From Amphiscolops sp. MND2022 (taxonomy: Eukaryota), in assembly GCA_964187785.1 (NCBI GenBank), contig OZ076419.1, positions 39,804,001 to 39,868,000 on the forward strand: a stretch of 64,000 bases of DNA. Direction: 5' to 3'. Shown one piece after another: positions 50,150-63,189 of the stretch; the stretch's first letter is position 1; each line of letters opens with the position of its first letter. The notes beneath the pieces are model-generated. The model saw nothing but the letters and a program-made list of their open reading frames with translations. It ran no database searches and was not told where the DNA came from. The translations under genes and the position numbers were made by a program.

Positions 50150-51052
50150 AGCTGACTGGATGGAGCCATTACAGTTTCCACAGTTATATGGAATTGTGCA
50201 GCTTCATCATTGCCTGCTTTCTCGCAATCGGAAAGTGTCATCTCTGCCTGAGTTGAACGCGTTGGGAAGATTAAATGGATCCGGATAAGGTTGCTTCCTT
50301 CGAGCAGGTTGAAACTTCTGATTTCTTGCAGAATTATGATTTTGGAAAGACCCTGAGAAACAGTAAAGGAGATGAGGCGCGAGAATTTCGTGGTCCTTGC
50401 CGAGAATTCGTGGACCAACTAATAGACGGGATTTTGTCGTCGCAGGCTGTGCCATATGTTTTGATCCAATGGCTATATAGTTTCTGCCCCGATTTGCTTC
50501 TAGAGGGTGACGACCAAAATGTTTTCAGTCTGTTCAACAAACTGGTGCGCGTTTTGGAGCGGAGTGGTGCCGTGAGCGTCTAGTTACAAGCAAAGTTTGT
50601 TTTTCACTGAGCATACGATGGAGTGCGTCCGGGTTGCGATAGCTGGTTCGCGAGCCTTCATTTCTGCTTCCGATTTTGATCCATGGATGTATATTTGTGG
50701 CGTGGAACAGTCTGCCTTCATGGAACGCTCTGTGCAGTTATTTGTCGCTCATTTGGCACGTAACAAGGAGAGTGGTCATCAGCTTTTGCGCAGTGCTAAT
50801 AAGCTTGTCATAAGTCACGTTCCGCAAGCGATCCAGAGTCGTCAACAACTAGTTGTGCGGGAAGTGCTCCTGGAAATGTTTTGGGTGTTTCGACAAGCAG
50901 TACTAATCGTCCATGCAAAGGAGAGATGGCTACCAGCTTGTCTACATGGTTGGTTCAGAAAAAAAGGCGAGACGGATGTGGAGTCGCAGTCTGTAGGTAA
51001 CAAGAGGAAGCCGACTGTAAAGAAAAACTCATCGCAATCAAAAAATTGTTAG
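50150..51052 (+). pseudogene. Antisense accessory ORF of element B
   Basis: ORFs 50275-50583 and 50597-51052, antisense to pol, between integrase and the 3' LTR. Confidence 0.6.
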
Positions 51053-51739
51053 TTTTATGTTGACAGACTTTGTGTGAGACTGCTTATTTGATGTAACCTT
51101 GTGTCGTTTTGTTTCTGTTTGTTGATGTAAGTAAAGTAGTGTTTCTTGCAAAAAGAAAAGAAACGAGGAGGCCCATAAAAATGAAAAGTATTAACGTCAT
51201 ATTGGCGTGGACCAAAACTGCAAAATTGTCAGATCGGACTCCTGATATTGTCTTTTCTCTTTAATGAGTCGGAGTCAAAGCGTCAAGTCGTCAGAAGTCA
51301 GGGTTGGCATTAGGTTTAGGATTCGGTCGCAAGTTGTACTTTGTTGTTTTTCGCAGATTAGATCTAACTACTGTCGGTTAATTTGGGGGAATAAGTCTTT
51401 GGGGGAGGACTTTTAATGAGTGGGGGCGACGTATGTATGGGTTATCCCATGTTTGTGTTGAGATTTGAAAAGTCGGGCGACGGTGGCGTCGCGTCATTCG
51501 TGTCTTCGTTTTGATTTTCTGTTACTTTTGCGTTATCTTTTCGTCGCTCATATTCGTTACTTTAGGTGTCACTGTTTGCTCGTTAGTATCTGCACTTTCG
51601 GACGTCTCGTGTTCGTCAATTTGTTTTCCGAAATCCATTTCCCAAGACACTGCGTGCCACTCATTGTGCGACACCTTGACGTCTGGGTCTGGGAGATAAT
51701 CGTTTGATCGTACTGTGACCTCAGGTATGCGTTGTTATG

Positions 51740-54700
51740 GCGTGTAGGGACGTATACGTATTCTATGTAGCGTTTGTGTATATCTGGTGCCAGTTTTTCG
51801 TATCGTGTAATTGTTATTTGATAGCACTTTTATCACTACATATGGTCCCATCCAGATGCTATCTTGAAACGTCGATTGGTTGTCGGCTTTCGATATGGCA
51901 GTAGTTATTTGTTTTGAGCGCGGCTGCAGACGCTTTGCAATCGTAATTTTTTTTGTATTTGAGATAAGACAGCATTGTATTGTCTTTTGCTGTCGCGCGC
52001 ACTTCGTCAATTTGTTTTTGCAGCTGATCAGCTATATCCAAAGTAGGCGTGGTTTTCCATTTTGGCTTGATGCCCATTTTTAAATCAAGTACGTTGCAGG
52101 GTATTCGCACATGGAACACTGTGGTTGGTTCGCAACCTAGGGTTTCATGATAGGTCGTATTGTAGTTCAAGACTGCAATTTGGACATGTTTATGCCACAT
52201 TGAACGTCTCTCTCCCGTCGATATCTTCAAAGCCGTATTGATAGAAGCATGGGTTTTTTTCTAGTATGATTTGGACTCCAGGTCTCTGCGTCATTTCCGC
52301 GACGACTTCTAATTGGAACTGTGAACCTTTATCTGATGGGGTTTTTGTTTGCAAATATGCGTATCTTGTCATGACGTCGACAATGCCTCGTCCAATTGTT
52401 TTTGCTGTTACATTCTGCGTTGGGTATGCGAATAGGTAGCGTGAAAATACGTCAATCAAGGGCACGGTAATAAGTTCGAACGCATAAGTTCGAATTTTAC
52501 TTTCGAATGGTCTAAGTTCGAATTTTCCAAAAACCGGAACAAGTTCGAATCACTGTGTTCGAATTTTGAACAAACCGCCGTAAGTATAAAACGTACCTCT
52601 GATATTTCCTCAATTCATCTAGTGCCCCGCGGCCCCTTGGGGCCGCTTATGTTCCCGTCTTGCTAAACGAGGTCAAACAGGAGCAAAGACCTAGCGGGAA
52701 CGGAGATCGCGAAGCGATCGTAGTGGGAGCTGGTCTTTGTGACGGTGAGGGCGAGCGTGCATACACCGGATTTGCCACACATTAGAAAAGAAAAGTTTTG
52801 AAAACTTTCTGAGACATTCACGAAAGGTAATATTTTATTCTTGACACACCGGATATGCCCGACATGAAAATTCGAACTGGGTGTCTCGAAACTATTCCCA
52901 TTCGAACTTATTCCCCTAGTTCACATTCGAACTTAGTAAATCGAACTTATTGCCCGAAGCCGTCAATCATTGTTACAATGTTTTGGTATTCAGCAGAAAT
53001 TGGTAGATTTGGTAATATGTCAATCTCTAGTATGTCTTCCGGTCCCAAGACGTGTTCCGTATTGTTGATAATTTTTGGTCTTATTTGATTGTTGCTGATT
53101 CTTTTGTATTTAATGCAGTCCTCACATTTCAGTACCCATTGTTTGGTTCTTTTGTCTAGTTCGGGGTAGTAGTATTTTGATCAGCATTCTTGGATCATTT
53201 TGGTGATTCCTGGGTGTTTTCCCATTTGTCCGTGTATCGCTTTTAGAAGTTCTTTAATTAGATGTTCGGGGATTAGTATTTGATGATGTGTGACTTGTCT
53301 GCATTCCCCGTAGTATTTTCGCATAAGGATGCCGTTTTTAAGAGTTGCTTTGCTGTCGGATCAGTTTGTAGGAGATGTTTGTCACATTCTTCACAAATCA
53401 GTTTCCTTTTGATTGTTTTGAAGACTAGGTCTGATTCTTATTCGACTCTGATACGTGCGTCTTCCTTCATTGCCCCAAAGGTGTATGATGCCTTATTTAT
53501 CGGAATCGGGGTTGTCTCTTTGATGGCCAGTTTTATTTTTGTCGTCTCTTCATCGCATGCATTTCGTCTGGCTTGCTCCTTTTGTAAGAGTATTTCTTCT
53601 TCCGTTTCGATTGTTTCGTCTGGAAGAAAGAAAAATTGTTCCCCATCTGCGACGTCTGTTGATTGCAAATTTGTTTGTATTGGCCGGATTGTGATGTCAT
53701 CTCTGATCAAGACGAGATCATCTTGAGATCAAGTTCAACTCTCTCTTTGGAGTTAAGGTCCAGTCTCGACAGAAAATCAGCCGCTGTATTTTGTGTCCCT
53801 GCTACGTGCATAATGTGGAAATTGAATTGTAGCACATAACCACATGCATTCCATAGTGTGAGAAGAATCGCCTTTGTTCGGTAAAAGCTTGTTACCGATC
53901 TATTGTTGGTCATTACAAGAGTTAGTATGGTTGTTTCCCATAAGAAATGACTGTATTCCAAAAATGCGTGGTATATCGCTAGGAACTCTTTACAGTTGAT
54001 TGACAATTTGAGCTGAGCTGGGGAAAACACTTTCAATCCAAATGCAACAGGGGCAAAAGTGTTCTTTCTCGAATTGAGTTTTTTATCATTGACTTCTTAG
54101 CGCGCAGCCTTAGGCACGAAAGCTAGCGTTCGTCATTAGGACGTATTGGCGTCATGTGATTGGTTGTTTGAGAGCCAATCCGCAAGCTTCTGCTAATGCT
54201 GCGTTGATCGTTTTGTTGTTTTCAAGTAGTTCTTCTGTTACTTTGATTTACCTGTCTGCTTTCAAAAGTTCATAAAACCCGAGCAATTTTTCAGACAAAC
54301 GTGGGATGTAGTTGCTGCTATAGTTGACGAATCCAATGTATCTTTGTACTTGCTTCTTTGATTTCAGAAATCTTACGTTTGCTGGGAATTTTTGAATTTT
54401 CTGGTCTTGGGGGGCAATTCCTTGCGGTGTGATGGTTCTCCCAAGAAATTCAACTTGAGTCACTCCGAAATGGCATTTTTCGATAGTTCGTTTGAGTCCT
54501 GCTTGTCTGTTACATTCGAAGACGGCTCGGATGTTGCGTATTAACTGCGTCACGGAATTGGCGGCTATTCCAATATCATCCACACTGGTCGGCTTCGATC
54601 ACTTTGTCTAAAGACTCCCGCATAATACTTGGAAATCCTGACAGAGCTCTGCTTAATCCTTGCGCTAGTCGCATGTAGGCGAACGTTGTGGTTGTGAAGT

Positions 54701-56460
54701 TGAAGGCTAACATTTCGATTGATCGTTGATCTGCCATTTGTAGGCAATGATATGCCTGAGAGCAATCGAATTTGCTGAACAACTTTTTACCAGATAGGTG
54801 TTGAGCTGCATGTGACAGCGTGCTGCCTGGATGATTGTTTTTGATGTAATCATCTGAGATTAGTACATTTGTTTTCAGCAGGTCGACAAGTAGACGCAAT
54901 TTGCCATTTGGTTTGCGCTGTGCAACAATCGGGCTTGCATATCCTGAGAATGGCAGAGTCGTTACTATGCCGTACCTATGCATAAGCGCCAACTCGACTG
55001 TTAGGTCTTCTTTTAGGTTTATTGGTACCAACAAGCTTTGCATATAGATTGGAAGCTCGTCTTTCTGGGTTAGTTTCACTTTGAAGGTGTTGTTGATACC
55101 ATTGTTGAGTCGATGACGCGTAAAGATGTCTTTGTTTTCAAGTATGGTTTGTTCAAGCTGTATTCTCACATAGCCTTCAATCTGGGAGCATTCTTGGTCT
55201 TTTGTTGGATCTAATTCTTCTTTATTGATGAGTTCACGAATTTCTTTTAATATCCGACGTTGGATTGGCTTGTGCTCTTCTTCTTTTCCTGGGTTTCAGG
55301 TGTAGGGAACCAAAAATTCTCGTTGTTTCGTTCGTAGTTGTCATGAGTTCAATCACGTTCATATGGGTATCATCCGGTCTTGTATCAGTTTTAGTGTGGC
55401 AGCGTCAATAGGTCGCATTTTTTTCGTCTCTTCAGGTTTAAGAATTTGTAATTCCGCCAATTTAATGTGGTTTTTTATTGTGTGCGGAAAATCTGTCAGA
55501 CTGGCTTTTCTGTTATTGATTCTTTTGTCGTGAGCTGTTGCCAAGGCTGGTGCCACGATGATGGTGGCTGTCTCTTCAAACTGTGGTAATGGTTGTGTTG
55601 TCGCAGTGACTTCGTTCGTGTTGGTGGTGATGACCACTGCATTTACTGTTGTTGTTTGTTGGGGCGATAGCGTTTGCTTTCTTCGGGCCATTATTTGGAG
55701 TGATTTTGGATTGCAGTTTTTTATCTCATCTGTCATGCCCAACGTCATTTCGACGTGAGGGAAGTTGATGGTTCCGTTCGCTATGTCAATTACTGCTTGG
55801 TGATTTCTCATGAAATTTAGTCATATTATAGGGAACGACGTATTTGATAAATTGTTTAAATAAATGTATCCGTGAACGTGTATGTTCCAATGTTGAAATG
55901 GATGTCAGCTGTAGCTATGGGCTGTTCTAGTTGGGCGTTTGCGCATTCGATCTTGAACGGAGGTTGGGGGTACTCCTTCATGACGCAGCTGTCACTGTTG
56001 ATTTTAATTATAATATAATCGGACCAGGACATTGCATTGATGAACGCTCCTGAGTCGATAAGTCTTTGCATGCTTAACATATCTCCATCTTTTTCAGCTA
56101 TGTACTCTTTGATTGAATTGAGCGTGGCGGGGAAGTCGTCTGGGAAGATAGATTTCTTGGTAGAGCCGTGAGTATCTTCCTCGGGCAATTGTGACGATGG
56201 TTGTTAGTCGGGGGCGTTTGTTTTTTGATCTACTGGAGACGCAATGGGTTGTTCTTCTGAGGTGAGAGAGGACTGGACATGGATATCTGTGCTGTGTTGG
56301 TGATCACATCTGTATTCTTTGTCAGGCATACTGGTTTCCTTCTGATCTGATTGTGGAAGCTGTCTTCTTATGGTGGCGATTGCTTGTCGTCTGAGCCAGT
56401 CTTCCGTTGGTGTTCCATTGCATTCTGTTGTCGTGTCATTAGTATGTTGGTGGAAGATCT
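51740..56460 (-). pseudogene. pol: pol of element B (protease, dUTPase-like, RT, RNase H, integrase)
   Basis: LIDSGA; KFDCSQAYH and DDIG RT; CKEFLAIY RNase H; IDVFSRYLFAYP and YNTTYHETLG integrase. Confidence 0.9.
52460..52961. mobile_element. 502-bp MITE (Mutator-like 9-bp TSD) inserted in the integrase of B
   Basis: TSD GTCAATCAA/GTCAATCAT; imperfect TIR GGC..CGG.AATAAGTTCGA; multiple inverted AGTTCGAA subterminal repeats; interrupts IVTMID|VFSRYLF. Confidence 0.85.
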
Positions 56461-56519
56461 TCTATTGAATACGCCCTCTCGCGTCTACTGTTCCCCGAAG
56501 CGCAGGCGCGGCGTAATTA

Positions 56520-56526
56520 GTTTTTT
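56520..56526 (-). promoter_or_regulatory. -1 frameshift slippery site A_AAA_AAC of B with downstream GC-rich stem
   Basis: TCA AAA AAC TAA followed by CGCCGCGC...CGCGAGAGGGCG. Confidence 0.75.
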
Positions 56527-57488
56527 GAGTCTTCGACATATTTAGTTGTCGTTTGTTGGACGGAGTTATCCGTCTTTCTTTCCTGTTGAAGGTGACGCTT
56601 ATGCCGCCGATCGTTTGCAGAGTTGGCTCCATTCCAACAATCATCCGTTCTGTGGGTTTTGCCGCAAGTAACGCATATGAGGGTATTGCCTGCACTTGTA
56701 ATGTCTTTGCCGTTGTTTTTACCCGTTTGTTCCCACTTATCTCTTCTCATTTTTCGGCATTCTGCTTTGAAGTGGCCGAACTCATTGCAATAGAAGCAAT
56801 ATCCTTTCTTGGTGTTCTGGGTGATATTTTCGACTGGTTTTGTTTCAGTTCTGGTCTGGACCAGTTCCATTTTGTTTCGAGGTACTAGTGTCACCTCATC
56901 TGGCGCTCCAAGGCCGTTGAGCCTCATTTCTCTCTCCAAGTGGAGCACAAAATCATTATATGGTTTGTCCTCAAGATTTGTCCTGTTGAGGATTTTTTTA
57001 ACGTGGTCAGTCGTTTTTGCGTGTTTTGCCTTGTCTATGAATATTTGGGCTTCTGACCCAAAAAATTTCTTTGGCGGTTTTTTGGAATACGTCTAAAAAT
57101 TGGTGGAGCTTTTGCGTCGAGGGTTCGAATTTGAGTGCATCTCATTCGCATCTGTTTTTGCCATTGACAGAGAAGCGACGTTTGAAGATCGTCATTATTT
57201 CGTCCAACGAATCTTTTTAGGCGTCTCCTCGTAATAGAGAGTGAAAATAGTTATTTTTTTGGATTTCCGTGAGATGTTGGTACATCTTGATATTTGCACG
57301 GAAAAGGTCTTCGAAGAGTTCGAATTTTTCTGATTTCACGTCGAAAGTTGGGAGCATGGGCAACATAAAGCCATCGTTCTTGTCCGATGCAAATAGTGTT
57401 CTGGCCACTACGAGACGTTCTTTTGACGCCGATTGACTTTGGTACCTCATTTTTGGTCTTTTTGGCTGATTGGTGGAGTCGGTTAAAA

Positions 57489-57500
57489 CTCCTGTTACCA
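57489..57500 (-). promoter_or_regulatory. Primer binding site of B (TGGTAACAGGAG)
   Basis: Abuts the LTR end GTCGTAACA. Confidence 0.85.
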
Positions 57501-59029
57501 TGTTACGACTCTCATTCTGGTTGTTTTGAGTTGAATTTATCCTGACAGATTTCTTAGGGGTGTAGAAACTCGTAACTTCATTCTCTGTTTCCTCTTCAAT
57601 TGCTCTCCCTAACATTTTCTCCTATGTTAGATTTCAACTGTTTCATCCCCTCTTTTTGGGATTCTACAAGAAGGCTCTTGATTTCGGAAGTGATTTCCTC
57701 CTTCAAAGAAGCTTTCAAACTCTCCAAAAGGCTATTTTCAATTATCATATACACTGCACAAATTAACATAAATGTAACAATTCTAATCTGGCACAACAGT
57801 TACGGCAAGTTTACGAATTAGAGGAATGCTTCATTTTAATTAGCAACAGTTTGATAATATCACAGCAGGTTTTGTGATTGACAACGATAATCTTTCACAG
57901 AGTATAATCATGGTCAAGGTTATGAAATACATGGCTAGGAAAAAAGATATAAAAGTACAAGCGTTCGAAAACATATCTCTGTTACAAAATACAATTAACT
58001 CGTTTCAGTTACGACCATAAACTGTGACTTTCGTTCATACACTTCGCGAGAGTTTCATTTGAATTAGTTCCTAAGGCGATTTCAGGTTACCGGAGATTTG
58101 TCAGACGAAAGGTTGTCGCAAATTTCGAATATCGCTTCATTTCTTTGGTTAGATTAGTCGTACAGTAAACGTACTCTTTAAATAGGACTTATCAGCAAAA
58201 TATCCATTTCACCGCTCTATAATGATTAGAGTAACTATTTTGATTGGTTTCCGACGTAGTAATGGCAAGCTTCCTCGACTAATTTGACAGGTTTACCTAA
58301 TTTATCTAATTTCATAAACTTGTCAACGTAGTGTTGACGTAAATTATTAGCAAACTTGGCAAACCGTCTATATTGACGCAATATTGACGAGTATTCTAGA
58401 ATGAATCTTTAAGTAGCGGCCAATACCGCGACGTAGCTATGGTGGATATTTGGAATGATTTTCGGTTACCTACCATCGCGGTGACGTAGTTATGGCGGAT
58501 ATTCGGAAAGATTTTGCAACCACCAAGGAAAGAGTCGTGACGTCACTAAGCGGTCCTATCAACTTGTTTTCGTCATTGCGACGTTACATGTACGGTCTTG
58601 CTTTACTGCCGCCACCATGTTTTATTTACTTAGCGCTACTTCGATGTCTTAAATCATTTTAATTGCTGTTCCAATGCAATTAACTGGCTTTGTTTTGGCA
58701 AAGCGTAATCCTTTGACATGTATTTCAAAGTAAATTTCATATTAGATTTTGTTATGTGCTCTTTCAGAGATAATTTTGTATCTGATTCCCATTTAGATTA
58801 GAATAGGATTTCGAACCTGAGACGCAGTATTGTTTCTATTTTCAGGTACCGGATGTTCCTATTTTGACGTGACAAAAGCGTCATGCCGGAATTGGGTGAA
58901 ATCATTTTGGTCCATTTAATTTACTGTTTTTATTTTTGATTAAAATTTGCTCAACATAGACATGTATTTTACTTTTTCAGTCACAGTTCATTTTAAATGT
59001 GAGTACTAATGTTTGTAGTTAAAAAACCA
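57501..59029 (-). repeat. 5' LTR of B, with ~770-bp internal deletion and clipped start
   Basis: Collinear with 45930-48200 except that ~46155-46920 is missing at ~57744. Confidence 0.85.
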
Positions 59030-62000
59030 AGGCGGATCAAATGATTGATTCTTCGCAAGTCAACTAGTAGGCGTAGTTTACCTGATGGTTTCCTTACATT
59101 GAAAAATTGGATTTTAATACTTCGAATATGTTAGTGTTGTTATTACACCCTAATAATGTATTCCAAAAGGGCTAATTCTACAAGGACTTCATCACGATAA
59201 TGGATCGGAGTCGGAGGTAGTTGAGTGTAATTTGGGTCAACGTATTCCGGGGTGAGTTTCACTTTAAAATCATCATTTTTACCAATGTCAAGTCTATGTC
59301 TCGCAAAAATGTGATGGCATTGAAGGAGTAGATCTTCGACAATACATTTTGTTCATTGTTAAAAACATAAATTTTCCATGAGAACTGTTCTGAAAATTTT
59401 TGTTCTCGGCGATACTAATCGGATCAAGTTTTTCGTCATAATTTTTAATTTCAAGATTTCGTCATGAATCCGTTTTTGAATTCCTGTTATTGTCTCAGAG
59501 TTAGGACAATGCTCTGATGTGGGGAATCAAAGTTCGTCAGCTGAAGGCTTGATTTTAATTTCAGAATCTTAGACTAGGGCATTGATGTTTTGATTGAAGT
59601 AATTGGACAAAAGTTGAGGGATATTGGGCTGAAGGTATTCAGCTTGTTTCGGAGGTGAAATCGTTATGCGTGCAATAATGGTGTTTTTCGGAATGGTTAT
59701 TTTGTGAGGTAAAACGTTTAAAACAGCTAGAGAAACGTCTTCATTCGCTCTAAGTTTTACAAAAGCACTCGTTACAGAGACCTGTTTGATTATCAAATTT
59801 AGAGTGTGGTTTAATGATTATAACGGTGTCATTTGGATAATAGAATTTCGGTAAAGTACCAGGTACCATTTCATTCGTGTCAGGGTTTATGGCAATTAAT
59901 TTGGACTTTCGCTAAAATGATTCTTTATTGCAGTTACAGTACTAATTTCTCCATTAGTATGAAAACGTTCAGTGAGTTGCAACGTGAGGTTTGGCAGTTC
60001 AGAAGTTCGGCTCTTGGGCTGTAAAGAAAAGTCTTTTTTTTTTAAAGAAAGGTAAACTTAAAACTGTTTTAAGTAAGAGAAAAGTGTCTGAAAACTTTTC
60101 GTTGGCAATAGTAAAAGTGGCATGAAATGTTCCAAAATTGGGGAAAAGAGAGCCATTTGCAACTTTAATGAGATACATTGTGGGCTTCCTTTCTGTAAAC
60201 GGTGAAAAATAGACAGAGCTATAGCACTACGAAAGGCACCTGTGTCGATAAAGGCTTCAATGGCGAATTTAAAGTTTAATAGTATAGAAAATAGTGAAGT
60301 TCGAGGCTTTTTTGAAAAAAAAAACATTATTAGAAAAAGAAGGATTAAGTGAAGTAAAACTTAAAAAATAGAATGTGTTTTGTGCGGCTTACCTAGTTTT
60401 TTTATTCGTGTTGGCGTCGTAGTATGGTGACCACGGTTGGGTGACTGGGTTAAACGGCGGAATCATCGGGTTTGTCATCTGGGGCGGTGGTTGTTGAAAC
60501 GTATAAGCGGGGTACTGCCGATAGGGCAGAGCTGGTGGGTGATGGCTAGGTTGACGATGCCAACAAACAGCTATGGTATGGCCTATTTTATTGCAATAGT
60601 TGCAATATTTCCTGAAATATTGGGAATTGTCCATAATTTTGCCAATTGTTCTGTCCACAATTTTGCCAGATGTTCTTCCGATTGTTGTTGTACTTGTTGT
60701 TGTGGTTATTGTTTTCTCGGCCACTTTTATTAGTATTGTAGTTCTTCTTGTATTTCTGATTGCTGATGTTGTTTCGGTTGTTGTTCTGGTACTTGTTTTG
60801 GCGTTTTTGTTGCTGGTTGTTTTGGCGATTATCCTGCTGATTATTCTGCTGGTTATTTTGCTAGTTGATGAGGTTCAGAGATGGTGGCCGATTTTTGTTG
60901 CGTTGTTGCAACTCGTCTGAGAGTTTGTTAGTCTGATGTTTGAGAGTAACCTGTGCGAGGGAAAGAGCTTGCATACCTGTCAGTAGTTCTTTAGTGGAGA
61001 CAGAGGTTGAACTGATTTCATTGAAGGCAGAGTCATCATCTTCTAGATAGAGACGATCCACGATCTTTCGGCTTGCTGCTTTTGCACAAAGATCATCAAT
61101 TGTAGTCTCCTCTGGTTATGTCATCAATAAGCGACGAAGTTTGATGGGCATTCCTTGGATGAGGGATTCACGAACACGTCGTGCTCGCTCATGTGCGCGA
61201 TTCTCTGCCTCAACTGCATGTCGTCCTCCTGCAGCGCTGGTGCGGAGTTGTCAGGGAACGCTTCTAACGCCAAACGTTGGAGATCCGTTAGGAAGTCCTG
61301 AGCGCTTTCTTCTGAAGGTTTGAGTTTTCTTGCACTGAAGACAAGTTTTTAAAGTTCAACTCGCTGGTCATTTTGGTAGCGTTCTCGTAGAACAGCTACA
61401 CCATCGGGCGTTTCGAGCGACTGGTCAAATGTCAGGGCACCTCCTTCTAGATGCAAGTGCAGATAATGATGTCGATCTGCATCAGCAGTTCCAGCAATGA
61501 CAATACAGCTTTCGAGTTGACGAATAAATTCATCCAAAATTTTTTTTCAGTACCTTTGAAGGGTTGTAGATGTACAAATGTTTGAATCGCAGCCATTATT
61601 CAAAGAAGAAATGTAGTAGAACAACAAGTTTGTAGGTGGATGAAGTGTTATGGTCAAGTGTTTTATGTTAGTTGAAGTGGTTATCAAAACATTATTGTGC
61701 AGAGGAAACTGTTGTCAAGTACAATCAGTAGAAGTAGAAAGGTATTTTATGGGAGAGAGGAAAAAAACTCCTGTCACCATGTCATATGATGGCTGGCGTA
61801 GGCGGAGCGGCCAGTTTCATCATTTTATATCTTTAAGGTATGTCAGAGTTCTCTCCCTTAGTATCTCAGAAATTAATAAAAAGAGATGATAGTAGATTTT
61901 ATTCAGAAAAGTTACTGGCATTCTCCCCTGTCTCTTCTGTTGCTTTAGGGGCTCATACATCGTCGTCGCTGTGATTGGTTGAGGTCTTTCATTGGTCTAC

Positions 62001-62074
62001 GATGGTTGGTCCAAGATTAGTCCTGCACACTTGAAAGAATTTTTAGAACAGTGAACATGATGTATATCATGACA
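59030..62074 (-). mobile_element. 5' part of Gypsy element D (LTR, PBS, gag, protease, RT start)
   Basis: 295-bp LTR 61780-62074 with TGTCAT...ATGACA termini; PBS 61768-61779; gag ~61596-60389 with CNYCNKIGHTIAVC; FIDTGA protease; RKPSGKLRLLVDLRRINHLIR RT start at ~59030-59100. Confidence 0.88.
61780..62074 (-). repeat. LTR of element D (295 bp)
   Basis: 6-bp inverted termini, CCAAT boxes and AATAAA on the minus strand; abuts the PBS. Confidence 0.8.
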
Positions 62075-63189
62075 CACAGAGTTCAATGAAAGTCAAAAAC
62101 TTTTCAAGATTTCGTTACTCATTTCAGCCGAACCAGTGATTTTTTAACCCTTCGTCACTTCGAGGATTTTGAGAATCCACCAAGCTCTGATGTAGGACAA
62201 ACGTTCAATCAAGAGTATGTGCTCTACATACCTTGCTCAGTGCCGGGAGTTTTCGATGACAAACAGAATAATGTTGACAAAAATATCCATTCAGCAATTG
62301 GAGATCTAGTAAAATGGGACATTTTGTTCTTCATTGACATATTCTCCAACAGAAACCTGTTTTGGTGGTCACATGAGTGTTGCCTAATTTTCCAAAATCA
62401 AAATCTTTGCGTTTTTTAGTAGGATGGTACGTTATTCTGTGCCGGTTCATAAGCTGATCGGTGTTATCCGTGGCATAAGTGATCCAAATCCGACTTCTTC
62501 AAGAATCAGATCAAGAATTGTGATTTTTGTGATCCACACAAATGCATGGAATTCGCTATTGCAATTGCGATCAAGCTTCTGCTCTGGAAGACACAAATGG
62601 TTGAAAGCTTTCTCTTTTTGATACTTCTCAGATCTTTATTCAAAGTTTCCTTCCTTTTTCGAAGTTTACTGCTCTTCCGTCTGAAAAAAGGGTGTGGTTA
62701 CTGAATTATGTAATGTCAGTCCAATTGGAAACCGACGAGGTAGTTACGGACGGGAATTGTAGTTTGGGTGTCACATTGGTTTGTAATTTCTTATGCTTTT
62801 TGAAATCAAAATCAGCCAATGGGTTTCCGTAGTTTTGTTTTTTATTCACTTTCTTTTAGTCTCGTTTCGACAAACTTCAAGTCGTCTTTCTGACTTTTGG
62901 AAATCAGCTGAGAATTGAACAATGATTTGTTTTTGAGGGTGGCAAATCACTCAAAACATTCTGTAAAAATACGTGATTGTAACACATGACGCTCCTTTTG
63001 CTTGAAATTCAACTTCTTCCGAAACACATTGCTAGTCTCATGCTTGTAGAAACGGAAGACCTGCTCCCTCTTATTGCTCCAATTGTTTGGCCCATATTTG
63101 GTGCTGTGATGGTCTTTATATACCCCACACAAAGTTTGAAGGTCGCTGCCAACGCCTCGCATACTCAATCTCGCAATTTGTAAGTTCCG

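Larger units (their letters stand above)
56517..57735 (-). pseudogene. gag: gag of element B (frame enters from the LTR through the PBS)
   Basis: NESRN-MVTGVL read-through; FELFEDLF capsid-like; CFYCNEFGHFKAEC and CVTCGKTHRTDDC knuckles. Confidence 0.87.
45930..59029 (-). mobile_element. Decayed Ty3/Gypsy LTR retrotransposon, family B, both outer termini clipped
   Basis: LTRs ~45930-48289 and 57501-~59029, PBS, gag with two knuckles, PR-RT-RH-IN; no TSD found. Confidence 0.88.

Noticed and set aside
60437-60920. Plus-strand hydrophobic ORFs (and similar ones at 55558-55758, 56553-57096, 53280-53726)
   Set aside because: Antisense shadows of Thr/Asn/Gln-rich gag and pol on the minus strand.
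62080-63180. Transposase or polymerase remnant right of LTR D
   Set aside because: Frames are stop-riddled and no motif is convincing.
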